Positions 40,601-52,800 of a stretch of DNA of 64,000 nt are shown piece by piece (the stretch's first letter is position 1; the number at the start of each line of letters is the position of its first letter). The translations under genes were made by a program, and so were the position numbers. This DNA is from Tubulanus polymorphus (Eukaryota; Animalia; Nemertea). Location: positions 49,090-113,089 of the forward strand of contig NW_027437446.1 in NCBI RefSeq assembly GCF_964204645.1, read 5' to 3'. The notes under the pieces were generated by a model. That model saw only the letters and a list, made by a program, of their open reading frames with translations, was not told the DNA's origin and did no database searches.

Positions 40601-43600
40601 TTCGACCCGAAAACGTCGTTCAGCGCGAGAAAAGACGTTTTCTCATCAAATTCTCCCCGTATCGGAAAAACGAAAATGTCGATGCGCAAAAGTACTCAAA
40701 TCGACGGGAAAAGCACATTTCTACCCGAAAACGTCGTTCAGCGCGAGAAAAGACGTTTTCTCATCAAATTCTCCCCTTATCGGAAAACGAAAATGTCGAT
40801 GCGCAAAAGCGCTCGAATCGACGGGAAAAGCACATTTCGACCCGAAAACGTCGTTCAGCGCGAGAAAAGACGTTTTCTCATGAAATTCTCCCCGTATCCG
40901 AAAAACGAATATGTCGATGCGCAAAAGCGCTCGAATCGACGGGAAAAGCACATTTCGACCCGAAAACGTCGTTCAGCGCGAGAAAAGACGTTTTCTCATC
41001 AAATTCTCCCCGTATCCGAAAAACGAAAATGTCGATGCGCAAAAGTACTCAAATCGACGGGAAAAGCACATTTCTACCCGAAAACGTCGTTCAGCGCGAG
41101 AAAAGACGTTTTCTCATCAAATTCTCCCCTTATCGGAAAACGAAAATGTCGATGCGCAAAAGCCCTCGAATCGACGGGAAAAGCACATTTCGACCCGAAA
41201 ACGTCGTTCAGCGCGAGAAAAGACGTTTTCTCATCAAATTCTCCCCGTATCCGAAAAACGAAAATGTCGATGCGTAAAAGCGCTCAAATCGACGGGAAAA
41301 GCACATTTCGACCCGAAAACGTCGTTCAGCGCGAGAAAAGACGTTTTCTCATCAAATTCTCCCCGTATCCGAAAAACGAAAATGTCGATGCGCAAAAGTA
41401 CTCAAATCGACCGGAAAAGCACATTTCGACCCGAAAACGTCGTTCAGCCCGAGAAAAGACGTTTTCTCATCAAATTCTCCCCTTATCGGAAAACGAAAAT
41501 GTCGATGCGCAAAAGTGCTCAAATCGACGGGAAAAGCACATTTCTACCCGAAAACGTCGTTCAGCGCGAGAAAAGAAGTTTTCTCATCAAATTCTCCCCG
41601 TATCGGAAAAACGAAAATGTCAATACGCAAAAGCGCTCAAATCGACGGGAAAAGCACATTTCGACCCGAAAACGTCGTTCAGCGCGAGAAAAGACGTTTT
41701 CTCATCAAATTCTCCCCGTATCCGAAAAACGAATATGTCGATGCGCAAAAGCGCTCAAATCGACGGGAAAAGCACATTTCGACCCGAAAACGTCGTTCAG
41801 CCCGAGAAAAGACGTTTTCTCATCAAATTCTCCCCTTATCGGAAAACGAAAATGTCGATGCGCAAAAGCGCTCGAATCGACGGGAAAAGCACATTTCGAC
41901 CCGAAAACGTCGTTCAGCGCGAGAAAAGACGTTTTCTCATCAAATTCTCCCCGTATCCGAAAAACGAATATGTCGATGCGTAAAAGCGCTCGAATCGACG
42001 GGAAAAGCACATTTCGACCCGAAAACGTCGTTCAGCGCGAGAAAAGACGTTTTCTCATCAAATTCTCCCCGTATCCGAAAAACGAAAATGTCGATGCGCA
42101 AAAGTACTCAAATCGACGGGAAAAGCACATTTCTACCCGAAAACGTCGTTCAGCGCGAGAAAAGACGTTTTCTCATCAAATTCTCCCCTTATCGGAAAAC
42201 GAAAATGTCGATGCGCAAAAGCGCTCGAATCGACGGGAAAAGCACATTTCGACCCGAAAACGTCGTTCAGCGCGAGAAAAGACGTTTTCTCATCAAATTC
42301 TCCCCGTATCCGAAAAACGAAAATGTCGATGCGTAAAAGCGCTCAAATCGACGGGAAAAGCACATTTCGACCCGAAAACGTCGTTCAGCGCGAGAAAAGA
42401 CGTTTTCTCATCAAATTCTCCCCGTATCCGAAAAACGAAAATGTCGATGCGCAAAAGTACTCAAATCGACCGGAAAAGCACATTTCGACCCGAAAACGTC
42501 GTTCAGCCCGAGAAAAGACGTTTTCTCATCAAATTCTCCCCTTATCGGAAAACGAAAATGTCGATGCGCAAAAGTGCTCAAATCGACGGGAAAAGCACAT
42601 TTCTACCCGAAAACGTCGTTCAGCGCGAGAAAAGAAGTTTTCTCATCAAATTATCCCCGTATCGGAAAAACGAAAATGTCAATACGCAAAAGCGCTCAAA
42701 TCGACGGGAAAAGCACATTTCGACCCGAAAACGTCGTTCAGCGCGAGAAAAGACGTTTTCTCATCAAATTCTCCCCGTATCCGAAAAACGAATATGTCGA
42801 TGCGCAAAAGCGCTCAAATCGACGGGAAAAGCACATTTCGACCCGAAAACGTCGTTCAGCCCGAGAAAAGACGTTTTCTCATCAAATTCTCCCCTTATCG
42901 GAAAAGGAAAATGTCGATGCGCAAAAGCGCTCGAATCGACGGGAAAAGCACATTTCGACCCGAAAACGTCGTTCAGCGCGAGAAAAGACGTTTTCTCATC
43001 AAATTCTCCCCGTATCGGAAAAACGAAAATGTCGATGCGCAAAAGCGCTCGAGTCGACGGGAAAAGCACATTTCGACCCGAAAACGTCGTTCAGCGCGAG
43101 AAAAGACGTTTTCTCATCAAATTCTCCCCGTATCCGAAAAACGAAAATGTCGATGCGCAAAAGTACTCAAATCGACGGGAAAAGCACATTTCTACCCGAA
43201 AACGTCGTTCAGCGCGAGAAAAGACCTTTTCTCATCAAATTCTCCCCGTATCGGAAAAACGAAAATGTCGATACGCAAAAGCGCTCAAATCGACGGGAAA
43301 AGCACATTTCGACCCGAAAGCGTCGTTCAGCCCGAGAAAAGACGTTTTCTCATCAAATTCTCCCCTTATCGGAAAACGAAAATGTCGATGCGCAAAAGCG
43401 CTCGAATCGACGGGAAAAGCACATTTCGACCCGAAAACGTCGTTCAGCGCGAGAAAAGACGTTTTCTCATCAAATTCTCCCCGTATCGGAAAAACGAAAA
43501 TGTCGATGCGCAAAAGCGCTCGAATCGACGGGAAAAGTACATTTCGACCCGAAAACGTCGTTCAGCGCGAGAAAAGACGTTTTCTCATCAAATTCTCCCC

Positions 43601-46600
43601 GTATCGGAAAAACGAAAATGTCGATGCGCGAAAGCGCTCAAATCGACGGGAAAAGCACATTCCGACCCGAAAACGTCGTTCAGCCCGAGAAAAGACGTTT
43701 TCTCATCAAATTCTCCCCTTATCGGAAAACGAAAATGTCGATGCGCAAAAGCGCTCGAATCGACGGGAAAAGCACATTTCGACCCGAAAACGTCGTTCAG
43801 CGCGAGAAAAGACGTTTTCTCATGAAATTCTCCCCGTATCCGAAAAACGAATATGTCGATGCGCAAAAGCGCTCGAATCGACGGGAAAAGCACATTTCGA
43901 CCCGAAAACGTCGTTCAGCGCGAGAAAAGACGTTTTCTCATCAAATTCTCCCCGTATCCGAAAAACGAAAATGTCGATGCGCAAAAGTACTCAAATCGAC
44001 GGGAAAAGCACATTTCTACCCGAAAACGTCGTTCAGCGCGAGAAAAGACGTTTTCTCATCAAATTCTCCCCTTATCGGAAAACGAAAATGTCGATGCGCA
44101 AAAGCGCTCGAATCGACGGGAAAAGCACATTTCGACCCGAAAACGTCGTTCAGCGCGAGAAAAGACGTTTTCTCATCAAATTCTCCCCGTATCGGAAAAA
44201 CGAAAATGTCGATGCGCAAAAGCGCTCGAATCGACGGGAAAAGTACATTTCGACCCGAAAACGTCGTTCAGCGCGAGAAAAGACGTTTTCTCATCAAATT
44301 CTCCCCGTATCGGAAAAACGAAAATGTCGATGCGCGAAAGCGCTCAAATCGACGGGAAAAGCACATTCCGACCCGAAAACGTCGTTCAGCCCGAGAAAAG
44401 ACGTTTTCTCATCAAATTCTCCCCTTATCGGAAAACGAAAATGTCGATGCGCAAAAGCGCTCGAATCGACGGGAAAAGCACATTTCGACCCGAAAACGTC
44501 GTTCAGCGCGAGAAAAGACGTTTTCTCATGAAATTCTCCCCGTATCCGAAAAACGAATATGTCGATGCGCAAAAGCGCTCGAATCGACGGGAAAAGCACA
44601 TTTCGACCCGAAAACGTCGTTCAGCGCGAGAAAAGACGTTTTCTCATCAAATTCTCCCCGTATCCGAAAAACGAAAATGTCGATGCGCAAAAGTACTCAA
44701 ATCGACGGGAAAAGCACATTTCTACCCGAAAACGTCGTTCAGCGCGAGAAAAGACGTTTTCTCATCAAATTCTCCCCTTATCGGAAAACGAAAATGTCGA
44801 TGCGCAAAAGCCCTCGAATCGACGGGAAAAGCACATTTCGACCCGAAAACGTCGTTCAGCGCGAGAAAAGACGTTTTCTCATCAAATTCTCCCCGTATCC
44901 GAAAAACGAAAATGTCGATGCGTAAAAGCGCTCAAATCGACGGGAAAAGCACATTTCGACCCGAAAACGTCGTTCAGCGCGAGAAAAGACGTTTTCTCAT
45001 CAAATTCTCCCCGTATCCGAAAAACGAAAATGTCGATGCGCAAAAGTACTCAAATCGACCGGAAAAGCACATTTCGACCCGAAAACGTCGTTCAGCCCGA
45101 GAAAAGACGTTTTCTCATCAAATTCTCCCCTTATCGGAAAACGAAAATGTCGATGCGCAAAAGTGCTCAAATCGACGGGAAAAGCACATTTCTACCCGAA
45201 AACGTCGTTCAGCGCGAGAAAAGAAGTTTTCTCATCAAATTCTCCCCGTATCGGAAAAACGAAAATGTCAATATGCAAAAGCGCTCAAATCGACGGGAAA
45301 AGCACATTTCGACCCGAAAACGTCGTTCAGCGCGAGAAAAGACGTTTTCTCATCAAATTCTCCCCGTATCCGAAAAACGAATATGTCGATGCGCAAAAGC
45401 GCTCAAATCGACGGGAAAAGCACATTTCGACCCGAAAACGTCGTTCAGCCCGAGAAAAGACGTTTTCTCATCAAATTCTCCCCTTATCGGAAAACGAAAA
45501 TGTCGATGCGCAAAAGCGCTTGAATCGACGGGAAAAGCACATTTCGACCCGAAAACGTCGTTCAGCGCGAGAAAAGACGTTTACTCATCAAATTCTCCCC
45601 GTATCCGAAAAACGAATATGTCGATGCGTAAAAGCGCTCGAATCGACGGGAAAAGCACATTTCGACCCGAAAACGTCGTTCAGCGCGAGAAAAGACGTTT
45701 TCTCATCAAATTCTCCCCGTATCCGAAAAACGAAAATGTCGATGCGCAAAAGTACTCAAATCGACGGGAAAAGCACATTTCTACCCGAAAACGTTCAGCG
45801 CGAGAAAAGACGTTTTCTCACCAAATTCTCCCCGTATCGGAAAAACGAAAATGTCGATGCGCAAAAGTACTCAAATCGACGGGAAAAGTACATTTCTACC
45901 CGAAAACTTCGTTCAGCGCGAGAAAAGACGTTTTCTCATCAAATTCCCCCCGTATCGGAAAAACGAAAATGTCGATGCGCAAAAGCGCTCAAATCGAAGG
46001 GAAAAGCACATTTCGACCCGAAAACGTCGTTCAGTGCGAGAAAAGAAGTTTTCTCATCAAATTCACCCCGTATCGGAAAAACGAAAATGTCGATACGCAA
46101 AAGCGCTCAAATCGACGGGAAAAGCACATTTCGACCCGAAAACGTCGTTCAGCCCGAGAAAAGACGTTTTCTCATCAAATTCTCCCCTTATCGGAAAACG
46201 AAAATGTCGATGCGCAAAAGCGCTCGAATCGACGGGAAAAGCACATTTCGACCCGAAAACGTCGTTCAGCGCGAGAAAAGACGTTTTCTCATCAAATTCT
46301 CCCCGTATCCGAAAAACGAATATGTCGATGCGCAAAAGCGCTCGAATCGACGGGAAAAGCACATTTCGACCCGAAAACGTCGTTCAGCGCGAGAAAAGAC
46401 GTTTTCTCATCAAATTCTCCCCGTATCCGAAAAACGAAAATGTCGATGCGCAAAAGTACTCAAATCGACGGGAAAAGCACATTTCTACCCGAAAACGTCG
46501 TTCAGCGCGAGAAAAGACGTTTTCTCATCAAATTCTCCCCTTATCGGAAAACGAAAATGTCGATGCGCAAAAGCGCTCGAATCGACGGGAAAAGCACATT

Positions 46601-46889
46601 TCGACCCGAAAACGTCGTTCAGCGCGAGAAAAGACGTTTTCTCATCAAATTCTCCCCGTATCCGAAAAACGAAAATGTCGATGCGTAAAAGCGCTCAAAT
46701 CGACGGGAAAAGCACATTTCGACCCGAAAACGTCGTTCAGCGCGAGAAAAGACGTTTTCTCATCAAATTCTCCCCGTATCCGAAAAACGAAAATGTCGAT
46801 GCGCAAAAGTACTCAAATCGACCGGAAAAGCACATTTCGACCCGAAAACGTCGTTCAGCCCGAGAAAAGACGTTTTCTCATCAAATTCT

Positions 46890-49800
46890 CCCCGTATCGG
46901 AAAAACGAAAATGTCGATGCGCAAAAGCGCTCAAATCGACGGGAAAAGCACATTTCCACCCGAAAACGTCGTTCAGCGCGAGAAAAGACGTTTTCTCATC
47001 AAATTCTCCCCTTATCGGAAAAACGAAAATGTCGATGCGCAAAAGCGCTCAAATCGACGGGAAAAGCACATTTCGACCCGAAAACGTCGTTCAGCGCGAG
47101 AAAAGACGTTTTCTCATCAAATTCTCCCCTTATCGGAAAAACGAAAATGTCGATGCGCAAAAGCGCTCAAATCGACGGGAAAAGCACAATTCGTCCCGAA
47201 AACGTCGTTCAGCGCGAGAAAAGACGTTTTCTCATCAAATTCTCCCCGTATCGGAAAAACGAAAAGGTCGATGCGCAAAAAGCGCTCAAATCGACGGGAA
47301 AAGCACATTTCGACCCGAAAACGTCGTTCAGCGCGAGAAGAGACGTTTTCTCATCAAATTCTCCCCGTATCGGAAAAACGAAAATGTCGATGCGCAAAAA
47401 GCGCTCAAATCGACGGGAAAAGCACATTTCGACCCGAACTGCGTTCAGCGCGAGAAAAGACGTTTTCTCATCAAATTCTCCCCGTATCGGAAAAACGAAA
47501 ATGTCGATGCGCAAAAGCGCTCAAATCGACGGGAAAAGCACATTTCGACCCGAAAACGTCGTTCAGCGCGAGAAAAGACGTTTTCTCATCAAATTCTCCC
47601 CGTATCGGAAAAACGAAAATGTCGATGCGCAAAAGCGCTCAAATCGACGGGAAAAGCACATTTCCACCCGAAAACGTCGTTCAGCGCGAGAAAAGACGTT
47701 TTCTCATCAAATTCTCCCCTTATCGGAAAAACGAAAATGTCGATGCGCAAAAGCGCTCAAATCGACGGGAAAAGCACAATTCGTCCCGAAAACGTCGTTC
47801 AGAGCGAAAAAAGACGTTTTCTCATCAAATTCTCCCCGTATCGGAAAAACGAAAATGTCGATGCGCAAAAGCGCTCAAATCGACGGGAAAAGCACATTTC
47901 CACCCGAAAACGTCGTTCAGCGCGAGAAAAGACGTTTTCTCATCAAATTCTCCCCGTATCGGAAAAACGAAAATGTCGATGCGCAAAAGCGCTCAAATCG
48001 ACGGGAAAAGCACATTTCCACCCGAAAACGTCGTTCAGCGCGAGAAAAGACGTTTTCTCATCAAATTCTCCCCGTATCGGAAAAACGAAAATGTCGATGC
48101 GCAAAAGCGCTCAAATCGACGGGAAAAGCACATTTCGACCCGAAAACGTCGTTCAGCGCGAGAAAAGACGTTTTCTCATCAAATTCTCCCCTTATCGGAA
48201 AAACGAAAAGGTCGATGCGCAAAAAGCGCTCAAATCGACGGGAAAAGCACATTTCGACCCGAAAACGTCGTTCAGCGCGAGAAAAGGCGTTTTCTCATCA
48301 AATTCTCCTCGTGTCGGAAAAACGAAAATGTCGATGCACAAAAGCGCTCAAATCGACGGGAAAAGCACATTTCCACCCGAAAACGTCGTTCAGCGCGAGA
48401 AAAGACGTTTTCTCATCAAATTCTCCCCTTATCGGAAAAACGAAAATGTCGATGCGCAAAAGCGCTCAAATCGACGGGAAAAGCACAATTCGTCCCGAAA
48501 ACGTCGTTCAGCGCGAGAAAAGACGTTTTCTCATCAAATTCTCCCCGTATCGGAAAAACGAAAATGTCGATGCGCAAAAGCGCTCAAATCGACGGGAAAA
48601 GCACATTTCCACCCGAAAACGTCGTTCAGCGCGAGAAAAGACGTTTTCTCATCAAATTCTCCCCTTATCGGAAAAACGAAAATGTCGATGCGCAAAAGCG
48701 CTCAAATCGACGGGAAAAGCACATTTCCACCCGAAAACGTCGTTCAGCGCGAGAAAAGACGTTTTCTCATCAAATTCTCCCCTTATCGGAAAAACGAAAA
48801 TGTCGATGCGCAAAAGCGCTCAAATCGACGGGAAAAGCACAATTCGTCCCGAAAACGTCGTTCAGCGCGAGAAAAGACGTTTTCTCATCAAATTCTCCCC
48901 GTATCGGAAAAACGAAAAGGTCGAAGCGCAAAAAGCGCTCAAATCGACGGGAAAAGCACATTTCGACCCGAAAACGTCGTTCAGCGCGAGAAAAGACGTT
49001 TTCTCATCAAATTCTCCCCTTATCGAAAAAACGAAAATGTCGATGCGCAAAAGCGCTCAAATCGACGGGAAAAGCACAATTCGTCCCGAAAACGTCGTTC
49101 AGCGCGAGAAAAGACGTTTTCTCATCAAATTCTCCCCGTATCGGAAAAACGAAAATGTCGATGCGCAAAAGCGCTCAAATCGACGGGAAAAGCACATTTC
49201 GACCCGAAAACGTCGTTCAGCGCGAGAAGAGACGTTTCCTCATCAAATTCTCCCCTTATCGAAAAAACGAAAATGTCGATGCGCAAAAGCGCTCAAATCG
49301 ACGGGAAAAGCACAATTCGTCCGGAAAACGTCGTTCAGCGCGAGAAAAGGCGTTTTCTCATCAAATTCTCCCCGTATCGGAAAAACGAAAATGTCGATGC
49401 GCAAAAGCGCTCAAATCGACGGGAAAAGCACATTTCCACCCGGAAACGTCGTTCAGCGCGAGAAAAGACGTTTTCTCATCAAATTCTCCCCGTATCGGAA
49501 AAACGAAAATGTCGATGCGCAAAAGCGCTCAAATCGACGGGAAAAGCACATTTCCACCCGAAAACGTCGTTCAGCGCGAGAAAAGACGTTTTCTCATCAA
49601 ATTCTCCCCTTATCGGAAAAACGAAAATGTCGATGCGCAAAAGCGCTCAAATCGACGGGAAAAGCACATTTCCACCCGGAAACGTCGTTCAGCGCGAGAA
49701 AAGACGTTTTCTCATCAAATTCTCCCCTTATCGGAAAAACGAAAATGTCGATGCGCAAAAGCGCTCAAATCGACGGGAAAAGCACATTTCGACCCGAAAA

Positions 49801-52800
49801 CGTCGTTCAGCGCGAGAAAAGACGTTTTCTCATCAAATTCTCCCCGTATCGGAAAAACGAAAATGTCGATGCGCAAAAGCGCTCAAATCGACGGGAAAAG
49901 CACATTTCGACCCGAAAACGTCGTTCAGCGCGAGAAAAGACGTTTTCTCATCAAATTCTCCCCTTATCGGAAAAACGAAAATGTCGATGCGCAAAAGCGC
50001 TCAAATCGACGGGAAAAGCACAATTCGTCCCGAAAACGTCGTTCAGCGCGAAAAAAGACGTTTTCTCATCAAATTCTCCCCGTATCGGAAAAACGAAAAT
50101 GTCGATGCGCAAAAGCGCTCAAATCGACGGGAAAAGCACATTTCCACCCGAAAACGTCGTTCAGCGCGAGAAAAGACGTTTTCTCATCAAATTCTCCCCG
50201 TATCGGAAAAACGAAAATGTCGATGCGCAAAAGCGCTCAAATCGACGGGAAAAGCACATTTCCACCCGAAAACGTCGTTCAGCCCGAGAAAAGACGTTTT
50301 CTCATCAAATTCTCCCCTTATCGGAAAAACGAAAATGTCGATACGCAAAAGCGCTCAAATCGACGGGAAAAGCACATTTCGACCCGAAAGCGTCGTTCAG
50401 CCCGAGAAAAGACGTTTTCTCATCAAATTCTCCCCTTATCGGAAAAACGAAAATGTCGATGCGCAAAAGCGCTCAAATCGACGGGAAAAGCACATTTCCA
50501 CCCGAAAACGTCGTTCAGCGCGAGAAAAGACGTTTTCTCATCAAATTCTCCCCGTATCGGAAAAACGAAAATGTCGATGCGCAAAAGCGCTCAAATCGAC
50601 GGGAAAAGCACATTTCCACCCGAAAACGTCGTTCAGCGCGAGAAGAGACGTTTTCTCATCAAATTCTCCCCGTATCGGAAAAACGAAAATGTCGATGCGC
50701 AAAAAGCGCTCAAATCGACGGGAAAAGCACATTTCCACCCGAAAACGTCGTTCAGCGCGAGAAAAGACGTTTTCTCATCAAATTCTCCCCGTATCGGAAA
50801 AACGAATATGTCGATGCGCAAAAGCGCTCAAATCGACGGGAAAAGCACATTTCCACCCGAAAACGTCGTTCAGCGCGAGAAAAGACGTTTTCTCATCAAA
50901 TTCTCCCCTTATCGGAAAAACGAAAATGTCGATGCGCAAAAGCGCTCAAATCGACGGGAAAAGCACATTTCCACCCGGAAACGTCGTTCAGCGCGAGAAA
51001 AGACGTTTTCTCATCAAATTCTCCCCGTATCGGAAAAACGAAAATGTCGATGCGCAAAAGCGCTCAAATCGACGGGAAAAGCACATTTCGACCCGAAAAC
51101 GTCGTTCAGCGCGAGAAAAGACGTTTTCTCATCAAATTCTCCCCTTATCGGAAAAACGAAAATGTCGATGCGCAAAAGCGCTCAAATCGACGGGAAAAGC
51201 ACAATTCGTCCCGAAAACGTCGTTCAGAGCGAAAAAAGACGTTTTCTCATCAAATTCTCCCCGTATCGGAAAAACGAAAATGTCGATGCGCAAAAGCGCT
51301 CAAATCGACGGGAAAAGCACATTTCCACCCGAAAACGTCGTTCAGCGCGAGAAAAGACGTTTTCTCATCAAATTCTCCCCGTATCGGAAAAACGAAAATG
51401 TCGATGCGCAAAAGCGCTCAAATCGACGGGAAAAGCACATTTCGACCCGAAAACGTCGTTCAGCGCGAGAAAAGACGTTTTCTCATCAAATTCTCCCCTT
51501 ATCGGAAAAACGAAAATGTCGATGCGCAAAAGCGCTCAAATCGACGGGAAAAGCACATTTCCACCCGAAAACGTCGTTCAGCGCGAGAAAAGGCGTTTTC
51601 TCATCAAATTCTCCTCGTGTCGGAAAAACGAAAATGTCGATGCACAAAAGCGCTCAAATCGACGGGAAAAGCACATTTCGACCCGAAAACGTCGTTCAGC
51701 GCGAGAAAAGACGTTTTCTCATCAAATTCTCCCCTTATCGGAAAAACGAAAATGTCGATGCGCAAAAGCGCTCAAATCGACGGGAAAAGCACATTTCCAC
51801 CCGAAAACGTCGTTCAGCGCGAGAAAAGACGTTTTCTCATCAAATTCTCCCCTTATCGGAAAAACGAAAATGTCGATGCGCAAAAGCGCTCAAATCGACG
51901 GGAAAAGCACATTTCCACCCGAAAACGTCGTTCAGCGCGAGAAAAGACGTTTTCTCATCAAATTCTCCCCGTATCGGAAAAACGAAAATGTCGATGCGCA
52001 AAGCGCTCAAATCGACGGGAAAAGCACATTTCGACCCGAAAACGTCGTTCAGCGCGAGAAAAGACGTTTTCTCATCAAATTCTCCCCGTATCGGAAAAAC
52101 GAAAATGTCGATGCGCAAAAGCGCTCAAATCGACGGGAAAAGCACATTTCGACCCGAAAACGTCGTTCAGCGCGAGAAAAGACGTTTTCTCATCAAATTC
52201 TCCCCTTATCGGAAAAACGAAAAGGTCGATGCGCAAAAAGCGCTCAAATCGACGGGAAAAGCACATTTCGACCCGAAAACGTCGTTCAGCGCGAGAAAAG
52301 GCGTTTTCTCATCAAATTCTCCTCGTGTCGGAAAAACGAAAATGTCGATGCACAAAAGCGCTCAAATCGACGGGAAAAGCACATTTCCACCCGAAAACGT
52401 CGTTCAGCGCGAGAAAAGACGTTTTCTCATCAAATTCTCCCCTTATCGGAAAATCGAAAATGTCGATGCGCAAAAGCGCTCAAATCGACGGGAAAAGCAC
52501 ATTTCCACCCGAAAACGTCGTTCAGCGCGAGAAAAGACGTTTTCTCATCAAATTCTCCCCTTATCGGAAAAACGAAAATGTCGATGCGCAAAAGCGCTCA
52601 AATCGACGGGAAAAGCACAATTCGTCCCGAAAACGTCGTTCAGCGCGAGAAAAGACGTTTTCTCATCAAATTCTCCCCGTATCGGAAAACGAAAAGGTCG
52701 AAGCGCAAAAAGCGCTCAAATCGACGGGAAAAGCACATTTCGACCCGAAAACGTCGTTCAGCGCGAGAAAAAACGTTTTCTCATCAAATTCTCCCCTTAT

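Larger units (their letters stand above)
8250..46890. repeat. Satellite domain B (A22G, 117-bp monomers, AGTACT/TTTCTACC monomers; higher-order repeat structured)
   Basis: GCTCGAATC (first ~8987, last ~46575), TTATCGGAAAACG (117 bp), TATCCGAAAAACGAATATG, AGTACTC..TTTCTACC, CAGCCCGA and GATACGC recur in a fixed order. They are essentially confined to this interval. Confidence 0.9.

Noticed and set aside
47431-47450. Odd GACCCGAACTGCGTT variant
   Set aside because: It is a singleton complex 2-bp loss and cannot be distinguished from a sequencing error.
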